Notes under the pieces: model-generated
Database searches by the model: none
Told to the model about the DNA's origin: nothing
What the model saw: only the letters and a program-made list of their open reading frames with translations
Shown: piece after piece, positions 36,982 through 49,787 of the stretch
Layout of the letters: every line of letters begins with the position of its first letter
How positions within the stretch are numbered: position 1 is the stretch's first letter
Translations under genes and position numbers: made by a program
Assembly: GCA_021613535.1 (NCBI GenBank)
Contig: CP075492.1
Span: 6,572,001-6,636,000, forward strand
Origin: Adineta vaga
Taxonomy: Eukaryota > Animalia > Rotifera
Length of the DNA: 64,000 nt
Direction of reading: 5' to 3'

Positions 36982-39900
36982 TTAAAAAGCTGCTAATTCT
37001 TTTCTTCGTGTTTTTCGAATTCCATCATCAAGTGTTAATAAAGTTAGAAAAGAAAAAAACAAACTAAACGATGATAATATATGCCAAATATCATGAACAT
37101 CATAAGTATTCAATAATATACATGCACGATTACGCATACGAGATATGGCTGGTTGAACTTCATAACTTTTCACTTCTTGATAGAAAAAATACAATGATGT
37201 TGACCAGAAGAAAATCGCCAATAGTAGAAATAGAATTGAAAAACGTGTAAAATGTTCACGATGAATTAATTTCATAAGAATATAATAGATTAAATAGATT
37301 GCTAGATTACCAAGAAATACGAAGAGAAGATGATTAGGAAATGATTCCGGTTGTACAATAGCACCATAGAGAGCAAATGCAATATTGATACAATTAGCTG
37401 GAATTAGAATCATCATACGATTTAAATAACGTGGACGTGAGAAAAAACCATTTTCGCGAACAAGTCGATACAAATGAATCTAAAGAAATTCAATATCATT
37501 ATTTTATTCTAAGACAAATTTTCTTAGAAAAAAACAAACAAGAGTAATGCCGATTTTGAATACTTACATGTACACGAAAAGTAACTTTTAATCTTCCCAT
37601 ATAATAGATTTTTCCTGTAAATGCTAAGCAAGATAAAATATGAATACAAGCATATGTAATCCAGAACCATTGTTCATCATAATACTAAAAGAAAAATGAA
37701 ATCAATAGAATTCATAATTTTCTATCGAAAACATACGACGCCAATGACCGTGACAAGAATAATAACTGCAAGAAATGAAAATGATCCAGATGAACGTGGA
37801 TTGATATCTGGATGTCTTGTTTGATAGATTTTGATTATATTTAAAACAGCTATAATAAACATGAAACTTGTATCAAATTGAAAGTTTTGTTTCGATGGAC
37901 AAATGTGATAACTAAACAAAGGAGAAATCTATTCAAACAATCAATTCATCTTTGATTTCTATTTACCATCCACTCATCAATCCTTCCATAAATAAACCAA
38001 TACCCATCGCATAGAACAAACCAAAATGTTGTGGAATACCATATTCCTAATTGAAAAGAAGAGAGAAAAAACATTCTTAGTTTTTTCAAGTATTCTCTTA
38101 CTTTGCCAATCGCTGGATATCTAGTTAGAAATCGAGCATAAGCCATATCCCTATATATAGGTATATATATAAATCAAATTCAAATATTCAGATTTTGATT
38201 TTTCGAAATAAATTTACCGTCGGTAGACAATAATTAGAAAAAGGACGCCAAGTGCACAATATCCAATATTTGAAAAGACATTATTGAATGCTGTTAACAT
38301 CGCAAATTGTCTTGTACATAGAAAATTAAAATAACATATATCTTCATTTCCTGATGCATCAATATTGAGTTGATATTGTAAAACAAGTTGTATAACCGGT
38401 AATGAATAGAATATGGCAACGGTTAACATTGTTTGAGGAAAAATACGAAATTGTTGTTTTAAATAATCATAATCTTTAACACAGAGATCACTAACAGTAA
38501 CATAACCAACCTAGAAAATAGAAAATATTTCAATGATGAAAGAAGAACATGAGTTTTTAACATACATTCGATGTTTCAATCACTTCAATAGGACCACCTG
38601 AATGTTCACATTCATTTGAACTTGTAGATTCAACATTTTCTTCACCTTGAAATGTTTGATAACGTTGTTCATTATTTTTTCGTTCTACAAAAACAAAAAC
38701 AAGTTGTATACATATATATCATCAGACTTTCTTACCTGTAATCTCACGTTCTGTTCTTTCTTCCAATAACGCTAAAAACGAAAACAAAATTGATGATTTT
38801 CACACGAAAAAAACAACATACGTAAATGTTCTGGAGCAAGATGATCACTAAAATAGTTTAATTTCATTAATATCATTTGAATACACATCTATTTAACTTA
38901 CTAAATATCGGGATGTTTACACATGATGGTAAACGCAAAGAAGTAGATTAATAAAAATAAACCAATTGTTGTAAAAATTGCAATATAAAGAAAATTATCT
39001 AAGCCAAAAACAAAAAAATTGAATTTCAAAAGAAAATATTGTTTAAACATACAATTTGTTGGTGGTTGAATTGTTACTGTTGCATTTTTTCGTCGTTGAA
39101 CATCGACAACACCTGATGGTCGAATATTCGTTTGTTCTTGATCATTTAAACAATCAGCATCCGTTGGTTTAACAAGAAAAACTAAAAGAAATGTATTTCG
39201 TTTTGGAAATTCACTTGCCTAAAGGAAAAAAAATGAAAATTTAAAAATGAAAATCTTCAAAATGGATTTATTTACATAAACATTAAATGAAGCAATTGAT
39301 GCCATGGTTTGATAATGTCCTTGTCGTGTACCTATTTCACTAACATCATAGACTGGACAATCGAATGATTGTACAGAAACAACAGTACATAATTGATCAT
39401 TCGATCGAACATCAATAAAAACATTTGCAATATCAGGTGGAAATGTAAATTTGTAATAGATTGGCATAGCTGGTGAAACAAAAAATTGTCGACTAACACC
39501 CGTTCTAATATAATGAAGAAATTCAATAGAATATTTTCAAGAAATTTCTCTTGTAAAACACTTACTGAAGTAAAAATTCCGTAATATTCTCTAATTGAAG
39601 TGAATAATCAATTAGTGCATTATTTGATGTAGAAATTTCAATAAAAATTCGACTTGTATGTGCTTGAGTACGATTTATTTCATTTTGTAAACAAAGAATA
39701 CGTGAAGAACTTGAGTAAATCATTCTATATATAAATTAAATTTTGATTCAAGAGAAAAATAAAACTTCAATTAATACTTTACCCATTCGTAAACGTATAT
39801 GGTAATGTCCAAGAAATAACACCACGAATCTGTCGAACGACAATTAAAAGTGGAGATTCTTGTTCAGCTTTATATGTCATATTAGTGATGACACGAACAG

Positions 39901-40351
39901 CCTAAAACAAGATTTTATGAATATTTTCAAACAGTTCAAACAACATTTGACTCGTAGAGCAGAGCGATTCCTATTCTCATATTCAGCTTTGTATGAGCAA
40001 TACCTAATTTCTTTTCTCTTGCCTAAGAATTGCTTTATTTTTATATTTATCAATTTATCTTGTTCTTTCACTTACCATCGACGGATCAAACGAATATTCT
40101 ACCGAATAAAAATGTATTGAATTTGAATTAATACCACCGGAACATACTTCTCCAAATGTACAGTTTTTTATTTCAATATCTGGATTAATTATTGATTGAA
40201 TTGAAATATCTGCTATTTGTTCACCATGTGTTTTGAACACAAAGAACTTCGAAAAAAGAAAAGAAATAATTAGAAGAAAAACAATTCCTTTATGTTTATT
40301 GAGAAATCTTACAGAGAAAAAAATCGACCAGAATATCATTTTACATAACAT
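36982..40351 (-). CDS. SIDT1: SID1 transmembrane family protein (SIDT1/2, CHUP-1-like)
   Basis: [84 protein letters not shown] and LLTLDD. Confidence 0.93.
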
Positions 40352-40569
40352 GTCAAATGATAATAAATGATTTGATTTTTGTGAACAGTACAGTACAGTA
40401 TAGTACGTGTATGCATGTGATAGAGTGATGACTCATTCTAACATTAGTGACATCTGTTATCGATCATTGGATTTCATAAAGAACGTCGTAAAAACTTCGT
40501 TAAACATTTAATAAAATCTTTTCAAAAGTTTGATTTTCATTCAGATCAAATTTCATCGAAGTCATATCG

Positions 40570-43500
40570 ATGGAAACAAATTCTCTAATGGGGAACTTAG
40601 ATGCCGCTTTTTACATGGTAACTTCTTGATAACGATAATCATATAAACTGTAAGTAGCTCTCAATCAGATGATGAATTATCAAATCTTAAACAATCCATC
40701 TCAACCATCAATGAATCGTCCATTTGTTTTCAATAAACGAAATGAAAAAATCGATTGGCGTCGAATTGGTAAAAAAAAATCATCTTTTCGAGAAAAAAAG
40801 AACGATGAATGCCTCATTAATTTCTACTTCTAATTTCAGCTGCTGTGGATGTCGATCGTATTGCAAGAGAATTAGATTTTCAAGTTCTACAAGATAATAT
40901 CGAACAAATTACATTATGTAATATTGATTTTGAAGTTGTAAGTTGAACGAGATTCTCTTTGGGTTCTTAATTCTCATTGAACTATTTTATAGGATTCTCG
41001 AGCGATGGATCCAAATTTTATTAAACTTTATAAAATGGCACAATTAACTATTGAATATCTATTGGTTTGTTCGTGATTTCTTGTTCATATTTATCTAGTT
41101 CCTCTTCTTCTAGCTCTGTCAAGATCAAATTGCTAATCAATTAGCCGATTATGAACAAAACAAAAGTAAAGTTTCAGTGGTAAGATTTGTTTTTTTTATC
41201 TTTACGAAATCAAATTTTTGTCTTCGATTATCTGTAGGATCATGAACAATATCGTGATCAAATTCAGAAATTAAAAGATGAATTAAATCGTACTAAAAAA
41301 GAATCGAAAAAGCGGAAGAAATTGCTTGAAACACAAGAAAAAATGTTACTTGCACAACGTCCATCATATCATACAGTACACAACGATCTTTCTTCACTAT
41401 TCATATTTTAACCTTTTGTATATTCTTCTAGTGTCCAGTTTGTGTACATACATTCTTGACTTTGGATTATTTACAAGCACATATGCAACGTCGTCATCCA
41501 GAATATGATTCCAGTCGAAAACGTGAACATGATGTAGATAGTGAAAAAGAAATGCAACGATTAAAAGATGAATTACATAGTAAAGAAACAGAATTACAAA
41601 TGATTAAAGTGCAAAAAGTATGAGAATACTACAGAATGTAATCAAATCGAATTTTTTATATCGATGTTTAGGCTGTTGATGAAGAAAAAATCCGAGAACG
41701 TGAAGATACCATTCGTCAACTAAAAGTAAATGAATTGATTTCAAATAAAAGTATATTAATTTCTATTTAGGAAGAAATTCAAACATTAACAACTAAAATA
41801 ACAATCTTAGATGAAAAATATTTTACTCTCAGATCGGTAATGATTTTTGAACATTAATTTTGATTCTTATCTCATTTGTTTAGTCGGCACAAACTCGAAC
41901 GCCTTCACCACATCGACGTGAAGTTGGTGTAAAAGAATTATTGAAAGAAAATAAAACATTACATGCTGCTAATGAAGACTTAGTTTGTTTCATTTTTCTT
42001 TCATTTCTTCAATTAAATCATTATTGTTCTAGAGAAATTTATTGCAACAATCCGAAAGTAATTTGAAAAAAGAAGAAAAATCCAAACGCCGTTTTGAACG
42101 TGAAAATCAAAATGTAAATGATTTCAACTATCATCTCTTTATCTCAAGTTTCTTTTGTTTACTTTAGCTTCAAAAAGAAATCAATCAACTGAAAGATGCT
42201 CTTCAAACATTACAAAATGCATCTGGTGATACAAGTCGTTTGTCCGAAGAATTAATCGCAGCACGAAATGTAAGTTCAAGGATAAATCAATTTTTAAAGT
42301 AAACATCAATTCATGGAATATTTAGCGATACAATGAAGAAAAAAATCGACGTAAAATCTTACAAGAAGAACTCGATGATGCTAACAATCAATTAGCACAG
42401 CTTCAAAATCAACGACCACCAGTTGTTGATCGAAAATCTCCGGTGCCACCACCTCGAAAAACTTCTTCGCCCCCACCGTCATCTGTTCCTCATCTTCCTG
42501 CGCCAGTACCTGTTCAACCTCGACCAATTATAACAACTGAAATCTTTCTACCACAATATTGTCCAAGTCTCGTTCAAAAAATAAATACCGATCCAACATA
42601 TTTAAATCGTTTCCGAAATGAAGCCAAAGAAATATTGAATGAGGAACTTAGACAATCTAAGGATTTGAATATCGCTGAAGTAAGATCTCATTATTTAGAC
42701 GAGGAAAAAGTTGATAATAGTATTGATCGTTTTCTTTTAGAAAGATACAGTACTTAGCTCGGATGATTTTCCAAAAAAAATAGAGATTATTGATCAAATA
42801 CGAAAAAATATTCAAAAGGTAGGATTATATGATATTATGCAAGGTTTCATACTTCTTCGTAGGATTTACCAAATTTTGAACGTATACGTGTTGAAATTAG
42901 TCGAAGATTAGATCAACTTGCAAATGAACGACTCAATGGTCAATCATCGAATGTCTCAGGAGTTCGTTCATCAGGTGGAAAATTAGTTAAATTTGATGTT
43001 GATTCTCAACGGCACGAGCCAAAGTCATCAAAAGGATCTTCTAAAACTGTTCATTCCAATGCTTCACGTAATCCACCTCGTCCAACAACTAGTTTTGCTT
43101 CAGATGATGAAAAAACAAATACGAATACGAATGATAGTGATGATTTTAGTCAACCAACCAAATCGGCTGCTACAACTGATATTCAACCATCACCTCGAAG
43201 AAATATTCCATCGACTGGTGTCAGTGCATTAGCATCAGGAAGTATGAGACCAGCAGTAACTACTACTACTACTACTACTACGAATAAAACCGTTGGAGCA
43301 ATTGTTCGACCTCAAGCAACAATTCAGAAATATGAATCTGAAAGGTAAAATTGAATACGTTTAAGTTAAGAAATGTTCTATTTTTATCCTTTTTTCTTTC
43401 TAGTGATAGCGAAAGTGAGAGTGTTCCAAAAGGAAATGTTGCAGTTAAAACACGAATTATAGATCAGAAATTATCTGATATTAGTTCGAAAGGACAAAAG

Positions 43501-44085
43501 CCAGGAGTGAACGCAGTTGCACAAGGTTTTCAACCTACTCGCCAAACAGTTGCTCCTCGAGTAAAACAAACTATTCTCAAATATATCTTTGTAATTTGAA
43601 TTCTTCTAGATTAACAATGATGACGATGACGATGAAAGTGAATCATCATTGACTTCAGTTGGTAATACAAATCCTCCGCGAAAAATATCAACTATTCATA
43701 TTCCACAAATTGGGTATTCAACATTTTCTATCAAAATTTCTTTTTCAACCTACTTATTTCTTTTTGTAGCACTCGTGAATCGATTCATCCGCTGTCATCA
43801 GGAGATGTTTCTCAATATACCTATGATTCGTAAGTAATTATTACTTATTTTATTCTGAACAAAAAAAAACGATATTTCGTTTCATTTATTAGAATGCTGA
43901 AATCAGCAGCTGGTAAAGGTAAATTATATATTGATAATTAGATCCATATTATATCTTTTGTTTCTATAGGTACCGAACTTCGACGACCTCTTACAGCTGA
44001 TTCTGCGAAAACATCGAATGTTGATTCGGATGACAATCTTGAGGACGCAGAAGAAGAAGAAGAAGAAGAAGAAGACGATGATTAG
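40570..44085 (+). CDS. DZIP1: DZIP1/DZIP1L (Iguana) ciliary zinc-finger coiled-coil protein
   Basis: Dzip-like N domain F.KRNEKIDWRRIAAVDVDRIARELDFQVLQDNI..ITLC..DPNFIKLYKMAQLTIEYLL, C2H2 finger CPVCVHTFLTLDYLQAHMQRRH, coiled coils and an acidic tail; about 20 exons. Confidence 0.9.
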
Positions 44086-44365
44086 AACTAAAAAAAGAAT
44101 TGTTTTGTTTTACAATATTTATTCGTTTCTGTGTGGTTTTTTTTCTTGCAAGTTTAAATTATATATGGGTAGCTTTAGAGAAGTTTTACAGCTATTTTCA
44201 ATCAATGTACTGAATATGATTTCTTTTTTCACAATTCCCTTTGTTCTTTTTTTCTATACAAATTTATGCGAAGGAAAGCAGATTTTCATTCAAAAACTTA
44301 ATAAAGGGCCTAATGAAAAATGATTTCTATTCATTATTTCTAGTATATATTGGTTGAATAATTTC

Positions 44366-44896
44366 ATGCTGTCTTTCATTCTTCGATTGTCTGTCTTTGG
44401 AACATTTTTTGGTCATGGATGTTTAGCTGTACGTTTTGCGCCAGGTTGGTTACCATATCTTCGTGTTGTTGCTATAGGTGATCAATGGGCACGGTAAGTT
44501 TACAAATGATCGAGTGGATCTGTTTTCATTTCACTGATATTGTAAGAAGTGAACGTCTAGTTTTACTAATGATGTTTATGATTTAGTCGTTTTATGCCAT
44601 TGATTGGTTTAATGGATATTATCATTGGCTTTGTATGTTTATTTATGGACTGTTGCCCTTTGATTTATTGTTGGGCATTCGTTTGGGCTTTAAGTACTGC
44701 TTTGATACGTCCACTTGCTGGTGAATCTATTTTTGGATTTATTGAACGTACCGGTAATTTCTTGCCAGCACTTGCTCTACTATGGATATGTACTGGACAA
44801 AAGTTTTATTCTTATCTTTATGTGTGCATGGCAATGATCATTACACTTGCATCTACTGGAATGATCTTTAGATTAACTGGCATATTTATTAAATAA
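44366..44896 (+). CDS. Bacterial-type DoxX-like small membrane protein with one intron
   Basis: Spliced product MLSFILRLSVFGTFFGHG..WLPYL..FMPLIGLMDIIIG..WAFVWALSTALIRPLAGESIFGFIERTGNFLPALALL; intron 44494-44586. Confidence 0.7.
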
Positions 44897-45797
44897 GAAT
44901 CAACGAACATGTTTTTATCGTAGAACATTTGTAAACAAATAAAAACAGTTTCAATGGTGCTCTATTTTCTAACATCTATGAATAAACAAGAAGTATAACG
45001 AATACAGTTGATTGAATCGTGATATTTGTGAAAAATAGTACACTATTAGAGAAGATTGTTCTCCATTATAAGTTGTTCAATTCTAAAAATCTGATTTCGA
45101 ATCAATTAATCCATTACCTATTCTATTCTACAAAAAGCAGAAAAGCTTCCCATCATCCAAATGTCAAAAAAAATATCAATAGCATGATCATAACACCTTC
45201 ATATATATAAATGATTGGCCGCATTGCATACATCAGTAGTTAACAAATTATTCTTTGTCTAACGAAACATTTTTCGACAATACAATATTTTGTTATGTGA
45301 TAAATAGAAAAGGAAGATGAACTCTACATACACAATGTTGAGAAATTCTTCTTATCGATTCTCTAATGATGAATCAAAATGTATAATCTAGCCATCGTTT
45401 CGTGAAAGCAAGAGCTTGGAACAACGTATGTTTCTTAGAAAATGTCTTTACCAACAAAAATTCTTCAATTCATTTGTTCGTTTATAAGTCTATAAATGTT
45501 ATCAAAATATATTCTGTTGGTTAAATTGAAGAACATTGATTATCAATAGAAGTCGTGAGGTTATTATCAGTTACTATATTTCACTGGTGCAAAAAATGGC
45601 GTGATCAATGATAAACTACGTTTGCTACTTATTACTGTTGTTCTCACCTGAAGACAGCAGTCAGTAGATAAGTTGACTGCATATAACACGTCTACATATA
45701 TATATATATTTTGTATAAAATATCCATAAACTATCACTTATATGTTTATTGATAATATTTATTTGACAAACGGAAGACTTTTCTTTCTTTAGATATT

Positions 45798-47351
45798 ATG
45801 TTCGTCGATTTTTCCATGACAACCGTATTCAATTTTCTCAATGTGAATATATGGACTATAATAGTTCTTCTTGTTCCTATGTTCTATTTTATATACTATC
45901 GAAAATATCGAATATTTATATATGATCAACCGAAGAAAGTTACGAAAGGTAAAATTATTCGAGGAAAATGTCCACCATCGTATCCAAATGGTAAGTTTTT
46001 GAGATAGTACATTATTCTTTTCCAGAACATTCTTATTTTTCGTATAGGTTGGTTTTGGTTAGCAGATTCATGTAATCTTGCTCGAGGTGATGTTAAATTT
46101 ATCAATCATTGTGGTCGAGATGTCGTTCTTTTTCGTGGATACAATGGTAAACCTTATGTTCTCGAAGCATATTGTGCTCATATGGGTGGAAATCTGGGTG
46201 TTGGTGGTAGAGTTCGTGATAATAATTGTATTGAATGTCCATTTCATGGATGGATTTATGATGGTGAAACAGGTGCATGTGTATTTTCCGATGATGAGAA
46301 TCGAATAATTCGACGAGTCGATACATTTGAATATGTTGATGTTGAACGATGTACACCATGTTCATCAACTAATTCGAAATCAACAGAATATTTACAAAAA
46401 ATAGCTGAAAATCAAGAAATCAAACTGAAAAAATATGAATGTCGAGAATTGAATGGATCAATCTTTGCTTGGTATCATGCGGATGAAACTTTACGACATA
46501 AACCACTCTTTGAATTATTTGATATTAAAGATGAAATTTCTCGAAATAATATGGAAGGTAACTTTTGTTTTTGAAGTAAAAACTTTACAATTTCAATTCG
46601 TCGTATTTTTCGTAAACTTTTAGTACGTGGTGAATCGATTAATTATGTCAATTGTCATGTTCAAGAAATACCTGAAAATGGTAATGAATCTCAGTATTTC
46701 TCGATCTTTTCATCTTCATACGATTACTATTTAGGTAGTGATGTTCGTCATTTTGATTTCTTACATGAATCAATACTTGATTCTATTTCATTTCTAAAAT
46801 TTAAATGGACAGCATTAGCAGAACGTGCAAGTACTCCTAATCTTCGAGAAATCATGTCACATTCCAATCCACAAGCACATGCATATAAAACGCATCTTTT
46901 CGATAAATATCTAACTGAAGATAATCGTCGTTATATCAATGTTATTTATTTGGATTGTTCATTGCGTATATTTAATAAATATGAAATGTTTCTTTTCAAT
47001 GCAACAGGTTTTCAAATTGGTCCATCAATTGTTTATCTTTTTCTTTGGTCACCTTATTTCAAACTAACATTCTTTCATACATTAACACCATTAGAGAAAT
47101 TTCATCAACGTGTTGTTCATCGAATAGCAACATCTAAATGGATGCCGTATTGGTTATCAGCTGCGATGTTAATGGGAGAAGTAAAACAACTCTATGCAGA
47201 CATGAAAATTTGGAATAAGAAAATTTTTACGGAAAAATTGAACTATAATCCGAAAAGTTATGCAGATAAATGTCTTCATTCATATAGAAATTGGTATGCA
47301 CAATTTTATGAAGGTTGTTATGAACGAGAAGCAAAATCACTATCGTGGTAG
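45798..47351 (+). CDS. nvd: Neverland/DAF-36-family Rieske sterol 7-desaturase
   Basis: N-terminal TM, PPSYPNGWF, Rieske motif CAH..(17)..CPFHGW, non-haem iron motif EIPENGSDVRHFDFLH, C-terminal D..IWN.K and WYAQFY; 4 exons. Confidence 0.92.
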
Positions 47352-47578
47352 TGAAAATTTTTTTAGTATTTTTGAACATGTTTATCAAAAAGTCTCTTGA
47401 ATAGAATGTTAAAGACGTCATTTTAGATGAATACAGAAATAGAACTATTCATTAACTTATACTAAGAAAATGAGAGATTTCTTTTTTTTTCGAGAGATAT
47501 ATTTATATTTATGAAACAAACAAATACATATTTTCTTGAACATTTGTGAAGAGAACGAAGAAATACCTAGATAGTTAT

Positions 47579-48765
47579 TCATGATGAAATCGTTGAATTA
47601 GTCCATTGTTTTACTGCTGTTTGCATCAAATATTGTGCATGTATGATATTATTTGGCATTCCAATAATACTAATAATTCGATCGTTTGTTGGCAATGGAT
47701 CATCCAGTCGAATTACACAACCTGATTGTTGTCGAATTTGTGCGATACGACTACAACGTGGTCCAAGTATCGACGCTGATAATGCATTTGGAATTGTGAC
47801 AAGAGTTGTCGTAGGCATAGGACCATTATTTGATGGATGATGCATTTGATTATTTCGATGATTATAATTACCACTATATTGTTGTTGTTGATTGTTATTA
47901 AATCGTGCGCGTGTTGCTTGAAAATCATGATTTTCCATGAAACCTCCTGGAAAAAAAAGAGACATAGTTTTGAGAAGAAATTTAATGATGAAATTCAATT
48001 TGAATACCGTAACGTTCAACATCAATACCATCGTAAACAGTTGGATCATAATTTCGTATAGGACCACGAATAGGTGTCTGTTCCAAAATTGAATAAACTT
48101 CTAAAATCAATAATAAAATAAAAAAAAGATTGTTAAAAACTAAGAAAAAAGAAGAAAATGTACCTCGTAAACATTCGATAATATTTGGTAATTCGCCACG
48201 TAATGAAAGAATTCGTTCTGTTGTATCACCTGGTGTTGAATTTGGAAATACTTTTGTATCTAAATTATATTTCTGACGGAATTCTTTGATTCGATCACCA
48301 CTCTTTCCCTAGAAGAAATTTTTTGATAGAAAAATAACAACAACAACAACAATAACAAGTTATTAAATATAATCTCTTCTTTCTACTTACAATAACAGCA
48401 CCTGCTTGTGATGAATGTATCATTGCACGTAATTCAACAAAACCAGGTCTTACACCTTGATTTTGTGCCATAATTGGTAGAATATCTGCTAGTATTGACA
48501 TGGCTCGATCTTCATCACCATAAAAAATTAAAATACGTTCGGGTGTAGAAGCTTGAGATATATCAATTTGATTATGATATTTATTTCTTGTCGATTGATA
48601 GTTTTCACCATTTCGACCAAATATAGCATAAGCATCAGAGACAGCTATTAGAAATCGATAGTCGGTACGAGCTGATGGAGCATTTCGATTACGTTTATGA
48701 TCATTTAAACCAGATAATACATCTTCATTTGATCGTTTATTCCCCGAATACATAGCATGATCCAT
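47579..48765 (-). CDS. HNRNPK: hnRNP K-like protein with three KH domains
   Basis: KH1 AIFGRNG..TPERIL, KH2 ELRAMIHSSQAGAVIGKSGDRIKE, linker PIRGPIRNYDP, KH3 VTIPNALSASILGPRCSRIAQIRQQSG..NDRIISIIG..AQYLMQTAVKQ. Confidence 0.85.
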
Positions 48766-49385
48766 CGAAAGAATTAAGTGAGTAAATACATCTGCTGAAA
48801 TATGAATGTCTTGTCTACAATTAGTTCTTTGCTTTTTACCAATTGGAAATATTCGAAATTTTCAACAGATGACGCTACAGAATCTTTCAATATTGTTTAA
48901 ATTTCATAATTAATTAAATTTTGATTTGTAATTTATATCTTGATAATAACAGTCATACTAAACTTGATTTTCATACATTGGTCATCTTTTTGAAAAGGTA
49001 AAATACTTTTTTTTTTGTGTAACAAGTAACGGTATTTTGACAACACTTTTCTGTTTTCCCTTACAGGATAGGGAAAAACGGTATCTTTGTTCCATATTGT
49101 TGTGTTTTCTTAAGTAATGACTTTTCCCTATGATATTTCTTGAAAGGATAACCACTTTCAATATCATTAAAAACTCTCTATCAACTCTCTGCTACTTCAA
49201 TATTTTCAAATTAGAAAAATTCAATGTATTTAAAATGACGACATAATCAAATTTTCCAGTGTTTTTCTCTTTTTCTCTTTGCCATTTCATCAACGTCCGT
49301 TGTCATAGACAAAAGAGAAATGCAACGTTCTTTTTTTTAACTATCGCATATCCTTTATAATTTTTTCTTCAAACAAACAGACATA

Positions 49386-49787
49386 ATGTCTGAACGTGAT
49401 CCACCTTTTGAATTATCAGCAAAGAATTTACAAGCAAAAAAATCTCGTTCGAAACCAACTAAGAAATTCTTGAAAATTCAAACAACCAAACCAAAAAATT
49501 CAGTGAAATTACAACCAACTAAAATTCCTGATCATTTTACATGGGCGCTAGTCTTAACAATCTCATGTTTTTTTGTTATTGGACCCTGTTGGGCACTTTA
49601 TAAAACGTTTGAATTACGTCGGTTAATTACACAAAAAGATTTCGAAGCAGCACATCGTTTATCCAATCGAATTTCTTCAACTCTATTGATTTCGACAATA
49701 ATTGGTGTTTTTGCATGGGTTTGCTTTCTATTTGCTTCAGTTGGCCTTTTATTAACTGGTGTATTATTGAAAAATAATTTTATATAA
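49386..49787 (+). CDS. Dispanin / CD225 (IFITM-PRRT-TMEM233-like) membrane protein
   Basis: PDHFTWALVLTISCFFVIG..AL......D.EAA.RLS followed by a second hydrophobic segment. Confidence 0.75.
   Translation: MSERDPPFELSAKNLQAKKSRSKPTKKFLKIQTTKPKNSVKLQPTKIPDHFTWALVLTISCFFVIGPCWALYKTFELRRLITQKDFEAAHRLSNRISSTLLISTIIGVFAWVCFLFASVGLLLTGVLLKNNFI

Noticed and set aside
39902-40074. Possible stop-containing cassette exon in a long SID1 intron
   Set aside because: Weak donor (gtcaaa) and purine-rich acceptor; not distinguishable from chance.
44499-44546. Hairpin with ATGATC...CTGA in the DoxX-like intron, resembling a C/D snoRNA or SECIS
   Set aside because: Too short between the boxes, imperfect box C, no rRNA-complementary guide recognised, and not in a 3' UTR.
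48980-49170. Two small hairpins in the hnRNP K / dispanin divergent region
   Set aside because: No H/ACA, C/D or Sm motifs; short AT-rich stems are expected by chance.
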